IMG/VR virus record: IMGVR_UViG_3300022868_000017 | Reading direction: 5' to 3' (one strand) | Source: a virus | Length of the DNA: 64,000 nt | In this document: piece after piece, positions 1 to 8,928 of the stretch | Numbering within the stretch: the first letter of the stretch is position 1 | Layout of the letters: each line of letters opens with the position of its first letter | Notes under the pieces: model-generated | The model's database searches: none | What the model was told of the DNA's origin: nothing | Seen by the model: only the letters and a program-made list of their open reading frames with translations | Translations under genes and position numbers: made by a program

Positions 1-162
1 TTTCATTTTTCTTTCTTTCCTCTTTTTAAATTTGATGAAGGGAAACTTGTGAGGACTGGAAGCCGTCTCAGCGTGGGAGATTCCTCTCTTAACTCAAAAC
101 AGTTACTTCTTCCTGTGTGTGAGTTACATATCCCATTAATCCTTTCACATTCCCTTCATCAT

Positions 163-930
163 TTAATATTGAACACATCCCTTTTCAACATATATGTCAA
201 ATATTTGTTCTTGAGTCAACCCTATATTACCATTAACTAACACTTTATCTGTTAATAGATAATATAACAAACCATCACAATTGATTTCTTCAAATGTTCT
301 AAGTCTACAACTTGGTTCAACAAATTTATCAGTTACTTGACATTCTACACCTTTAGTTGATGCTACTAATTGTCCTTCTGAACAATCCCAGATATAATCC
401 ATATCATTCATATCACAATGAGTAGCTTTTCTATTAACTAAACAATTTTCTGGATTATTATATACAATTTGTACCTCTTCACCATAATATTCTGATAAAG
501 AATTAAATGCTTGTTGTAATTGTTCTTGAGTTACTCTATCTTGTGAATAACCAATTATCATTGACTCTTTGACAAAATAAATTGGTGGTCTTACTTTAGC
601 ATACTCTTTTCCATCATAATATGATATTTCTTGATACTGAACATCTGCACATACGGTTTTATTTTTCACATAATAATCTGAAATATAATTACCACATTCA
701 CCATTACAATTTCCAAAATTATCAAAAGAAATAGTACCATCTTCACAGTTCCAATGTTCACATTTGTCTAATTCATGATTTGAACTAAAATCACCTATTC
801 TTCCTGTAAATACCATTACTAAAACTACTAAAACAATTAAAGCTAAAGCAGCTACAATAATAGTAGTCAGTGTTAATCCTTGACCTTTTTTATTTTCCAT
901 CTTTTCATTTTCCTCTACTATTTTAATCAC
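163..930 (-). CDS. Cys-rich secreted/membrane protein with N-terminal signal anchor, unknown function
   Basis: ORF track. Hydrophobic N-terminal segment LTLTTIIVAALALIVLVVLVMVF. Cluster of Cys residues CEHWNCEDG...CNGECGNY. Tightly packed with the next minus-strand gene (4-nt overlap). Confidence 0.5.
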   Translation of the reverse strand: MIKIVEENEKMENKKGQGLTLTTIIVAALALIVLVVLVMVFTGRIGDFSSNHELDKCEHWNCEDGTISFDNFGNCNGECGNYISDYYVKNKTVCADVQYQEISYYDGKEYAKVRPPIYFVKESMIIGYSQDRVTQEQLQQAFNSLSEYYGEEVQIVYNNPENCLVNRKATHCDMNDMDYIWDCSEGQLVASTKGVECQVTDKFVEPSCRLRTFEEINCDGLLYYLLTDKVLVNGNIGLTQEQIFDIYVEKGCVQY

Positions 931-1682
931 CCCATTACAAATTTCACTTTAATAATACTTGGTTCAGGACAAATATATTGATAGACATCTTGAATACAAA
1001 TACTTTCATTAATTTTACCATTTTTATAAGTATGAGAACATTTGAAAGTAGGTTCTGATTTTCTGCAATGTCTATTGTCAACAATATCCATTTCTCTCAT
1101 ATCAAAATACTCATGATTATTTGACATATCAATTATTCTATGATAGTGTGATAACTTAGCCATCTCATCCCAACCATCACCATTACCATAATTCTGAATT
1201 AGATTATCTAAAGTATATGCACCTCCAAAAGGCATTTCTACTTCTACAATATATGTATCAGGAAGGGCTAAATAACCTTCATCATCATCATACAAATCTA
1301 TAAAATGATATGAATCATGAGCTTTCAGAAATAAATCTGTTGACCTTATCATGAAAGTCTTATCTATCGAATAATAATTCAAATCAAATATTTCATCATA
1401 ATTAAACATATCTATCTCACTATCATTATGAATAAATAAAGCAGGTAAATGGATATTCTGTTCTATAAGTTCTCCATCATTATTATTTAACATATATGGT
1501 TGGTCATCATTTTCTAAGCCATCAATATATAAAGAATTAATATAAGTAGGACTTTCTTTAGGGACTGCTACTAATTCAATACTACCTTCATCAATTTCAA
1601 TTGGTGTATCATCAACATAATCTATACAACCTATTAAAAATAAACTACTTATCAATAAAACAATCATTATTAATCTTTTCAT
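927..1682 (-). CDS. putative lipoprotein (signal peptide with LIGC lipobox)
   Basis: N-terminus MKRLIMIVLLISSLFLIGC. Acidic, Asp/Tyr-rich body. No recognisable catalytic motif. Confidence 0.45.
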   Translation of the reverse strand: MKRLIMIVLLISSLFLIGCIDYVDDTPIEIDEGSIELVAVPKESPTYINSLYIDGLENDDQPYMLNNNDGELIEQNIHLPALFIHNDSEIDMFNYDEIFDLNYYSIDKTFMIRSTDLFLKAHDSYHFIDLYDDDEGYLALPDTYIVEVEMPFGGAYTLDNLIQNYGNGDGWDEMAKLSHYHRIIDMSNNHEYFDMREMDIVDNRHCRKSEPTFKCSHTYKNGKINESICIQDVYQYICPEPSIIKVKFVMG

Positions 1683-1768
1683 TATTTATTCACCTTTTTT
1701 TTTGATATTATACATAAAAATAAGGAAGTTTATAAACTTTTATATTTTCTAGTATATACTTATACTTT

Positions 1769-2083
1769 CTAAATCTTACTAAGAGGTTGAATCTTGTGTA
1801 ATAATTTCCTATATGATGGAGATTGTTCTATTCTTTTTGTAATAAACCCTCTCTTATAAAGTTCATCACATCTGTTACTAATTTCATCTCTTGTTAAATT
1901 CATTTGATGCCAAATGTCCTTTCTTGATGCCCATCCATGATAATTATACAAAAACTTTAAGATATTCTCATCTTTTACCATATTATCCATATTAGTACCA
2001 GGAAATTTTTCATTCCACCTTTCCATATATCTCTCAAATTTTACTCTATTGTTCATTTTTTTCTTTACCTCCATGTTTATCAT
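1769..2083 (-). CDS. hypothetical small basic protein
   Basis: ORF track. Preceded by the promoter-like motif ttttctagtatata at 1745-1760. Confidence 0.4.
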   Translation of the reverse strand: MINMEVKKKMNNRVKFERYMERWNEKFPGTNMDNMVKDENILKFLYNYHGWASRKDIWHQMNLTRDEISNRCDELYKRGFITKRIEQSPSYRKLLHKIQPLSKI

Positions 2084-2543
2084 AAAAATTAATCAATGAA
2101 TAAAACATATTATAAATATAATCTTTCATTTCTGTTCTTCCATTACAAAAGATAAAATTCAAATCATGTTTAATTGTCATTGTATGAACTGTTTTAATTA
2201 TTGTATGACCTTTTGTTTTAATTTTGAAACTACCATCAAATCTTTTATTCATGATATCATCATAAGTATTCTCAATTATAATAAAGAAGAAAATACCTTT
2301 TTCCTTAGCTCTTTGGATTTCTTTATTAAATCTTTCATGACCAGAAGTAAGTGTTCCAAACAAATCTGAAGCACTTTTTCTTTCAAATGCACACACCAGT
2401 TTATCATTGATTTTTAGGCCATAGTCACCAAAGTCTATCTTCTCTTTAATTATATCCCAATACTTAGATTTACCAAAAGGAAGGGGTAATTGCTCCCTTG
2501 TATCAATGATTAATGTACCTTTTATCTGTTTTTTCTCTTTCAT
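2046..2543 (-). CDS. ERCC4/XPF/Mus81-type nuclease domain protein
   Basis: Motifs IIDTREQ, GDYGL and AFERKSASDL match the ERCC4 nuclease signature V-D-x-R-E ... GDY ... ERKxxxDL. Confidence 0.5.
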   Translation of the reverse strand: MKEKKQIKGTLIIDTREQLPLPFGKSKYWDIIKEKIDFGDYGLKINDKLVCAFERKSASDLFGTLTSGHERFNKEIQRAKEKGIFFFIIIENTYDDIMNKRFDGSFKIKTKGHTIIKTVHTMTIKHDLNFIFCNGRTEMKDYIYNMFYSLINFYDKHGGKEKNEQ

Positions 2544-3535
2544 TTGTATAATGGACTCCCATTCTGTTTATAATTTTTACATTTCCCAGGACATAACCCT
2601 AATTCCCATAAAGTATCACAATTTGGAAATGTTGTTCTTGGTAGATATGCATAATCAACAACCTTTACTCTTTTAAAATGATTAAAATTGTTTTTGAAGT
2701 GGTCAGTTCTTGATACTTTTGAATAATGTTCTTGAGCTAATTTTAAACAAATAGGTTTACCCATACATATCTCTTTACAATATACAGCAAAATAAAATCT
2801 ACCTTGCCAAGTACCCATGTCATGTTTTCTAGTAGGATGTGGCATATCTAATAACCAACATCTCACACAAGGTAAAAACATATCAGACTTATGTTCTAAC
2901 TTTACATCAATATCTAAATCTGGTATTTCTCCACAAGATTGATGAATTTCACTGGCATAATCAAACTTCCCTATATTAATTAAATCTCTCCCATAGTAAA
3001 CCATCTTAGTAATAGGTGTTTTAGATTTTTCACAAATATGGTCATAACCTAACTCTAAGTCTTGTGTTGTTAATGGGATACAATATCTTTGTCTTCCACA
3101 ATCATATCCTAATGGTAATCTACTTAGTCTCTCTATATCTCCCAATATGTGATTGTCAATTTCAGATTTTTCTATCTCAGCTTGTTTAAGAATATCTAAT
3201 TGAAGATTATACAAAGCATCTTTTTTATATTTCAAATAAGTATAATTAATAGTAAAGAAATGAACCCAAAATCCTTTGGTTGAAAAGATTAACAAATGTT
3301 TATAATTATTTTTCAAACCCCATTGATGTAACTTTCTAACATTAATTAATCTATTTTCATTATCTAAATCAAAACTAGCTTTATCAATACTATGGTTTGT
3401 ATCATATAGGTTGAAATATAACCTTTTCTTTATATGATTATATTTATTAAATTTATCCCAGAAATCTTGTTCTGTTTCACATACAACCCTGTTTGGAAAC
3501 CCTATTTCCCTAGGAAACTTTTTCATTAACATCAC
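2540..3535 (-). CDS. possible archaeo-eukaryotic primase (AEP)-like protein
   Basis: Weak motif-I-like SFDLDNE and motif-II-like FSTKGFWVHFF (sGxGxH-like). 4-nt overlap with the upstream nuclease gene. Assignment is tentative. Confidence 0.3.
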   Translation of the reverse strand: MMLMKKFPREIGFPNRVVCETEQDFWDKFNKYNHIKKRLYFNLYDTNHSIDKASFDLDNENRLINVRKLHQWGLKNNYKHLLIFSTKGFWVHFFTINYTYLKYKKDALYNLQLDILKQAEIEKSEIDNHILGDIERLSRLPLGYDCGRQRYCIPLTTQDLELGYDHICEKSKTPITKMVYYGRDLINIGKFDYASEIHQSCGEIPDLDIDVKLEHKSDMFLPCVRCWLLDMPHPTRKHDMGTWQGRFYFAVYCKEICMGKPICLKLAQEHYSKVSRTDHFKNNFNHFKRVKVVDYAYLPRTTFPNCDTLWELGLCPGKCKNYKQNGSPLYK

Positions 3536-3570
3536 TTTTACTTACCTCTTTTATAAGTACCTATAGCAAC

Positions 3571-3846
3571 CTATAGCTGTTCAAAAAACATTTCATTCTC
3601 TAAAAATTCTTCTGAACTTATGTCATTACCTACACAATGGCTATCAAACAAATCACTTTGAATAAAATCTTTGATTTGTCTTTCTGTTTGTTTTAATAAT
3701 AATTCTTTATTTTTTCTTTCAACAAATTCCAAATGACCAGGGAAGTTTGATAATATCTTTTCTAAACCATCTATTCTAACACATGTGAATTGTTTTATGT
3801 GTTTTCTGGAATTTCCCTCAAATTTTTGAATTATTATTCTATACAT
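3571..3846 (-). CDS. hypothetical protein
   Basis: ORF track, consistent strand and spacing. Confidence 0.35.
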   Translation of the reverse strand: MYRIIIQKFEGNSRKHIKQFTCVRIDGLEKILSNFPGHLEFVERKNKELLLKQTERQIKDFIQSDLFDSHCVGNDISSEEFLENEMFFEQL

Positions 3847-4122
3847 CTTTTTATTTTTTACCTAGATATTCATAACTATCTAACTTATGTCTAAAACCAT
3901 GTTCTTCAAAATGTTCATCATTAGCTAAAAAGTTAGCTTGTTTGATAGTCTTTGCTTGAAGTGAACTTATTCTAAACAAATATCCACATGGACATTTAAA
4001 TTGATAATATTTTCTTATCTGTAGCATTTTACATCTGGATTATTTATTAATCTAATAGGTAAACTGATATATTCAACATCATATTTATTTTCTTGTCCCA
4101 TTGTTATAATATATTAATCTTG

Positions 4123-4278
4123 TCATAATTTAAGTATTTTATTCATTCTCTTATCTTTTGAGAACCTTTCAAGTAAGAAAACTATTGTTTCACTCTTACT
4201 ATCAAAGTCTCTCAATTCTTTCTGAACCCTGATAAATTTATCAACTGGTTTGGGTAAATCTACAATCATTTGAACCAT
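4123..4278 (-). CDS. small ribbon-helix-helix-like protein (51 aa)
   Basis: Hand translation MVQMIVDLPKPVDKFIRVQKELRDF..., showing a beta-strand then helices typical of CopG/Arc-like regulators. Not in the ORF track (under 60 aa). Confidence 0.25.
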   Translation of the reverse strand: MVQMIVDLPKPVDKFIRVQKELRDFDSKSETIVFLLERFSKDKRMNKILKL

Positions 4279-4282
4279 TGTT

Positions 4283-4474
4283 TTATTCCTCCTTCTCTGA
4301 CTTTATAGTCATACTTTTTATAAGTAATATTAATCCTAGGAAACCAATCCCAATTCCAAGATACATTAATATGTTCTCTTCTGGACTAGGTGTAATAAAC
4401 ATACAAAATAACCCTAATACTATTAAACATCCTTGAATTATATCACTTGTATTAGATTTAAATATTTTTTTCAT
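4283..4474 (-). CDS. small membrane protein (2 TM)
   Basis: Hydrophobic segments LIVLGLFCMFI and YLGIGIGFLGLILLI. Confidence 0.4.
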   Translation of the reverse strand: MKKIFKSNTSDIIQGCLIVLGLFCMFITPSPEENILMYLGIGIGFLGLILLIKSMTIKSEKEE

Positions 4475-4713
4475 CTTGATATCCCTGGACCGAATTCTTT
4501 TATTCCTGATAAGATTCCATTACAGAAAAAACGTTCAGCTCTTAACCTACTATGTTTATAAGATATCGTCCCTTTTTTCAATGTATCAGGTCTCATTATT
4601 TTTTTCATAAACCTACTACTATGTTGTTTATTGAAAAATTTTTCACGTTCTTTTATATCTTTCTGCCATATTTTTTCAAACAATATATTTATTTTATCTT
4701 TAGTTTTCATCAT
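4471..4713 (-). CDS. small basic protein
   Basis: ORF track. Overlap of ATGA type with the downstream gene. Confidence 0.35.
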   Translation of the reverse strand: MMKTKDKINILFEKIWQKDIKEREKFFNKQHSSRFMKKIMRPDTLKKGTISYKHSRLRAERFFCNGILSGIKEFGPGISR

Positions 4714-5212
4714 TTTTTTCTCTCTTTTTTACCTTATATTCTGAACATTTCTTACATGAACAAATTTTAAAATCATAATTTTCTTCTTTATGTGTCATCC
4801 AATCATCTGGTTCATTATAATCATGTGTTTCATTATTATCTTCACAATTACAAGTGGTAATATATTCTACAGATGTGTCTCTTCTCCAATTAAACTTTTT
4901 CCCACAATCTGGACATTCAAAAATATCTTCTTGTTCACTATGTTCCCACATATCACCACCTTCCCACTTACAATATGGACAGATTATACTATCACTATGT
5001 CTTTCTTCAAAGTTAAAATATTTCTCTAAAGCAACAGAGACATCATTTAGATTTTTTATAGTAATTCCTTCACAATTCTCCATAAGATAATCTCTTAAAC
5101 CTTTAATCTTTTGTTCTAACTGTTTTTTAAAAATAACTGGATGTGAGACTATGCTTTTTCCAAAGACTGTTTTTTCCGTTATCTTTAATTCAAATACATT
5201 TAATCTACTCAT
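4700..5212 (-). CDS. Zn-ribbon/Cys-rich protein
   Basis: CPYCKW...CPDCGKKF plus CNCEDN and CSCKKC pairs. RBS GAGGT 8 nt upstream of ATG, lying within the 33-bp repeat at 5209-5242. Confidence 0.5.
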   Translation of the reverse strand: MSRLNVFELKITEKTVFGKSIVSHPVIFKKQLEQKIKGLRDYLMENCEGITIKNLNDVSVALEKYFNFEERHSDSIICPYCKWEGGDMWEHSEQEDIFECPDCGKKFNWRRDTSVEYITTCNCEDNNETHDYNEPDDWMTHKEENYDFKICSCKKCSEYKVKKREKNDEN

Positions 5213-5242
5213 TTTATTTACCTCATTCGTTTACTTTAGATT
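5209..5242. repeat. 33-bp direct repeat copy 1 (tcatttt[a]tttacctcattcgtttactttagatt), leader/RBS of gene 4700..5212
   Basis: Near-identical copy at 6181-6212. The pair flanks the methyltransferase gene. Confidence 0.7.
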
Positions 5243-5506
5243 CTATGTTGTTTATTATTGCGAAATCTCTTCTCCAAATATCTTTAATACTTTATCTGCC
5301 CATTCTCTATCTGATTCCTTTTCCTTTTCAGTTAAATCTTTATATTCTGTTTTTCTTAACCTATCCCAATTATCAACTTGTTCAACCATCTTATCACAAT
5401 TTAAATCATTGTCTGGGTCAAGCTCTCTCATTCGTTTCTTTCTAGGTTTCCCAATGTGTCCATTGTTGATGTTCCAGTTCTGCTAGTCTTTCTCTCAATT
5501 TATCTG

Positions 5507-6100
5507 TCATAATCTTTTAGGCAGGATACCCACTAATTTATTAGTGGGAGGAATGCCGTTACCTCCAATTAATTTAGTTTGATTGGTATTTATATTAAGA
5601 ATATTGAATTTAATATCTCCTTTATAATTTTTACATAAATGAAAACAACCAAATTGAAAACCACTTTGAGGAAAGCTTTTAGGGGTATCAAATATAATTA
5701 TTTCTTTAATTCCAAATCCTTTTTCAAATACATCTCTTAATCTTGCTTTCAACCATAAATGATTAATACTTGTTAAGAATACTATATTGTTAGATATATC
5801 CATTGATTTTTGCATAAACTTACGCATTTTACTATATGGAGGATTTGTAATTATCCAATCAACTTCCCCATTATATTCAAAAAAGTCTTTTCCTTCTAAT
5901 ATTTCACACCACTCAAGGGTATGTCCTTTTTGTATATACCCTTTCAAAAATTTATACCAAATACCTTTACCCCTACAAGGTTCAAGTATTCTGCCTTTAG
6001 GTTTAAAGTGTTCTGTAATTGCTTTTATATAATTCAATGGAGTTTGAACACAATCTTCTCTCTTTGAATTAGAAGGAATTAATTTAGCCATTATGACCAC
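5507..6100 (-). CDS. N6-adenine DNA methyltransferase (NPPY motif)
   Basis: DWIITNPPY (motif IV). ILEPCRGKG (motif I-like SAM site) preceded by a TP motif-X-like region. The motif order suggests a gamma-type amino-MTase. Confidence 0.6.
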   Translation of the reverse strand: MVIMAKLIPSNSKREDCVQTPLNYIKAITEHFKPKGRILEPCRGKGIWYKFLKGYIQKGHTLEWCEILEGKDFFEYNGEVDWIITNPPYSKMRKFMQKSMDISNNIVFLTSINHLWLKARLRDVFEKGFGIKEIIIFDTPKSFPQSGFQFGCFHLCKNYKGDIKFNILNINTNQTKLIGGNGIPPTNKLVGILPKRL

Positions 6101-6180
6101 TCTCCTAAACTCTTTTGTTTTATTTTTACCATTTTTTCTTTGTTTATTTGGAAACTACCTACTTTAGTGGGTAGAGGGTT

Positions 6181-6212
6181 TCATTTTTTACCTCATTCGT
6201 TTACTTTAGATT
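6181..6212. repeat. 33-bp direct repeat copy 2
   Basis: See 5209-5242. Located about 85 nt upstream of the MTase start codon. Confidence 0.7.
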
Positions 6213-6221
6213 AAGCGAATA

Positions 6222-6578
6222 TCACTCAGACAACCAAACGACATTTCCTGCCTGTTTTTGTTGAAGTTCTTTACCTAACCTTTCAATTTCTTCTCTTGCT
6301 TCAAGAACTTCTTTCCTTAAATCTTCTACTACTTCTCTAGGTTCCGGAAGACTATAATCTTTAGCATAGTCTATGCCCCTACTTTGTGTGTATCTCTGAT
6401 TTACAATATCTCTTTCCCTTAATCTTTGATTAATATCAATGACATTTCCTGTTACCAATTCAGGTCCAGATGTATATTCTCTATATTTTGCAACTACAGA
6501 GTTTACTACATCAATTGTAGAGTCCACATAATCCATCACTTTATTTTTTAATCTGTCAAATAATCCCATTTTAGTCAT
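6222..6578 (-). CDS. coiled-coil protein
   Basis: C-terminal heptad-like EVLEAREEIERLGKELQQK. Noticeably less AT-biased codon usage than its neighbours. Confidence 0.45.
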   Translation of the reverse strand: MTKMGLFDRLKNKVMDYVDSTIDVVNSVVAKYREYTSGPELVTGNVIDINQRLRERDIVNQRYTQSRGIDYAKDYSLPEPREVVEDLRKEVLEAREEIERLGKELQQKQAGNVVWLSE

Positions 6579-7432
6579 CCCTGGTACACTGTACTTACTT
6601 CTTCATTCAATTTATTCATTAACCCCAAATCCGTACCTATACTGTATTTAATCTTTAATTTAACAACTTCGTATCTGTTAATATCCATAATTTCTTCACC
6701 AGCTAATGTAGGGTGATGTTGGATAAAATCATCAAATTCATCTCTTATTTCTGGTGTTCTCATAGCATCTAAGTACCAAATTAACATTTTATATGGAACT
6801 CTATCTTGGTCGTAATTCCATTGTAATTGTTTTGACCTCATTTGATGACACCTTCCTTCATTTGTATTATTTAAAAAATCATTTTCAAAATCTTGGTACG
6901 TCATAAATGTATTTCTAATTGGAACGTAAGGTACAGATGTGTTTTCAGGAACAAAAGAATACCAATTGTCAGAATGGAATTGAACAATATCTAATTCTGG
7001 AAAATATGTTCCACTATGATAACCTCTTGGTACAAATGTTTTAACTTCTTCAACATCAAAACCTAACACTTCACCTATTCTTTTCCATATTTTTGTATTA
7101 ACATGGCAACCATCAATAGTTAAATGTTCGGAATTTAACCAATCAGTAATACTAAATTGTTGAGTTACATCTAACCCTTCAACATGATGAAATAAAGATT
7201 GTCTCATTTCTTGAGCAATATTTACAATTGTAGATTCTAAGTCTTCTGTAACATATGGTAATAATGCTTGATAATCTCTATCATCCCTTAAAACAGGAGA
7301 TAAATCTTCTAAAACAAACTCACCAGTTTGTGTTGTAGGTTCTTCTACATGACCAAATTGTTCATCAAGACCTGGTTCACAACCTAGTAATAATGTTGCC
7401 AATGTCCCTGCAATAAATGTTCTTCTCTTCAT
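6575..7432 (-). CDS. putative Tat-type lipoprotein
   Basis: N-terminus MKRRTFIAGTLATLLLGC carries a twin-arginine-like RRxF motif plus an LLGC lipobox. GC-richer codon usage than the surrounding genes. Confidence 0.45.
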   Translation of the reverse strand: MKRRTFIAGTLATLLLGCEPGLDEQFGHVEEPTTQTGEFVLEDLSPVLRDDRDYQALLPYVTEDLESTIVNIAQEMRQSLFHHVEGLDVTQQFSITDWLNSEHLTIDGCHVNTKIWKRIGEVLGFDVEEVKTFVPRGYHSGTYFPELDIVQFHSDNWYSFVPENTSVPYVPIRNTFMTYQDFENDFLNNTNEGRCHQMRSKQLQWNYDQDRVPYKMLIWYLDAMRTPEIRDEFDDFIQHHPTLAGEEIMDINRYEVVKLKIKYSIGTDLGLMNKLNEEVSTVYQG

Positions 7433-7435
7433 TTT

Positions 7436-8209
7436 TTATAATTGTTTTTGGAAATCTTTCAAACCTTTATCCCCTAGGTTGATTATTTCTCTTAATTGAT
7501 TGAATCTTTTTTCAAATAAAGTAATATCTTTCTTTAAGTTTTTATAATGTTCAGGAACATCAAACCCTATTATTACAGCTTTTTGTTCATCATCTAATTC
7601 CCACCATCTTTTGAATCTTTTAGTATTAAAACCATCATGAATAGCAAAAAACCTATTAAACAATACATTCCTTCTTACATCTTCAACTATTCTTAATATT
7701 TTTCTGGTTCTCTTACTATTCATAGTTATCCCATTGTTTTTAAATAATGCATCCCATTCATATTCAGTTGAAATACCTAACAACTCTCTTGAATACCCAT
7801 GACTTTCAATATATACATCCCCATCTTCAAATACTCTAAGTATCCCTACATATTCAGGTAACCATTTTGGTGGTTGTTTCTTATGTAAAACTAAAAATAC
7901 ATCTTCAAAAACAAATGAATAAGATTGAATTTGCTTAGGTAACCTACTAAAATCATCTGTATCACCTTTTATTTCAAATCCAAACATATCTAATTTATCA
8001 GGATGACCAACTATAAAATCAAAAGGATTTTCATTCACACCTATATGATTTCTCTCTTCAGTAGTAAGAAACTCCGTATTACTAAACTTCATTCTTAAGA
8101 TTTTCTTAATATCATCACCTTTCAAATCTTTTTCATCCTTTACATTATCCAACTTAGCATCAAATCCTGTTGATGGATATCCTTTTGTTTTGAACGGTAA
8201 ATCAATCAT
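7436..8209 (-). CDS. hypothetical protein
   Basis: ORF track, 257 aa, no confident motif. Confidence 0.45.
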   Translation of the reverse strand: MIDLPFKTKGYPSTGFDAKLDNVKDEKDLKGDDIKKILRMKFSNTEFLTTEERNHIGVNENPFDFIVGHPDKLDMFGFEIKGDTDDFSRLPKQIQSYSFVFEDVFLVLHKKQPPKWLPEYVGILRVFEDGDVYIESHGYSRELLGISTEYEWDALFKNNGITMNSKRTRKILRIVEDVRRNVLFNRFFAIHDGFNTKRFKRWWELDDEQKAVIIGFDVPEHYKNLKKDITLFEKRFNQLREIINLGDKGLKDFQKQL

Positions 8210-8210
8210 T

Positions 8211-8555
8211 TTATTCTTTAACCTCTTGTTTAAGTATTGGTAATACTATTGTTTTTTTAGCTTGTCTATTTTTATGGTCTCTTTCAAATTTCTTTTTAGG
8301 GTTATTGTTTTCATATCTAGCTAGAAATGGATAAGAAGACCTATTATATTGAGTGATACCAGCTTCTTTTAATAAAGCAATTTCTTCTCTGATATTTTTA
8401 CTTCTTTCTGATTCAACTGTTTTTTGTAATTCAGCAAAAACCTTTTGTTTTTCAACTTGTAGTCTTTCTCTTATCTGTGCTTCTTGAATCTTTGCTTGAC
8501 ATTCTCTTTTTGTTGAAGCTAAGTCATCTCTAACTTTCATCAGTTCATAATCCAT
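8211..8555 (-). CDS. coiled-coil basic protein
   Basis: Charged heptad-like sequence QAKIQEAQIRERLQVEKQKVFAELQK. Confidence 0.4.
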   Translation of the reverse strand: MDYELMKVRDDLASTKRECQAKIQEAQIRERLQVEKQKVFAELQKTVESERSKNIREEIALLKEAGITQYNRSSYPFLARYENNNPKKKFERDHKNRQAKKTIVLPILKQEVKE

Positions 8556-8694
8556 ATCTTGAAATTTTTATCTAACATTCAACAATTTTGTTTTCATAAA
8601 TTGAATATTTTCATTAGTTAGTTCAACACCTATATCAAAATTTTCATTGATATAATTTTCAAATTTTGTAAAATCGTTTATCATTTTTATACCT

Positions 8695-8928
8695 CTATTC
8701 AAATCCTTTTTTTGTTTGAGTACCAAGATAATCTTCTGGAACCCATAAACATAAATCTTTTTTATTAGGTCCACCATAGCCTACTCTAAATTTAAATGAA
8801 CATTCTCTACTATCATAACACATTTGATACCCATCTTCACTTTTCATATGCCTTGGAAGTTGTTCTCCATCATCTGAAATATCTTCATTAACTATATATT
8901 CAATTCCACATGTTGAATCAGGCTTCAT
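8695..8928 (-). CDS. small Cys-containing protein
   Basis: ORF track. 4-nt overlap with the upstream gene. Confidence 0.3.
   Translation of the reverse strand: MKPDSTCGIEYIVNEDISDDGEQLPRHMKSEDGYQMCYDSRECSFKFRVGYGGPNKKDLCLWVPEDYLGTQTKKGFE

Noticed and set aside
4552-5486. Plus-strand ORFs 4552..4770, 4790..5029, 4854..5090, 5143..5445 and 5151..5486
   Set aside because: They lie antisense to well-supported minus-strand genes and overlap each other. Their low-complexity Phe/Ile/Leu-rich translations are typical of reverse-strand reading of AT-rich coding DNA.
8568-8928. Apparent 83-nt out-of-frame overlap between ORFs 8568..8777 and 8695..8928 as a programmed frameshift
   Set aside because: An internal ATG at 8684 with the RBS GAGGTATAAAAATG gives a 38-aa product that does not overlap the upstream gene. 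A simple alternative start explains the overlap.
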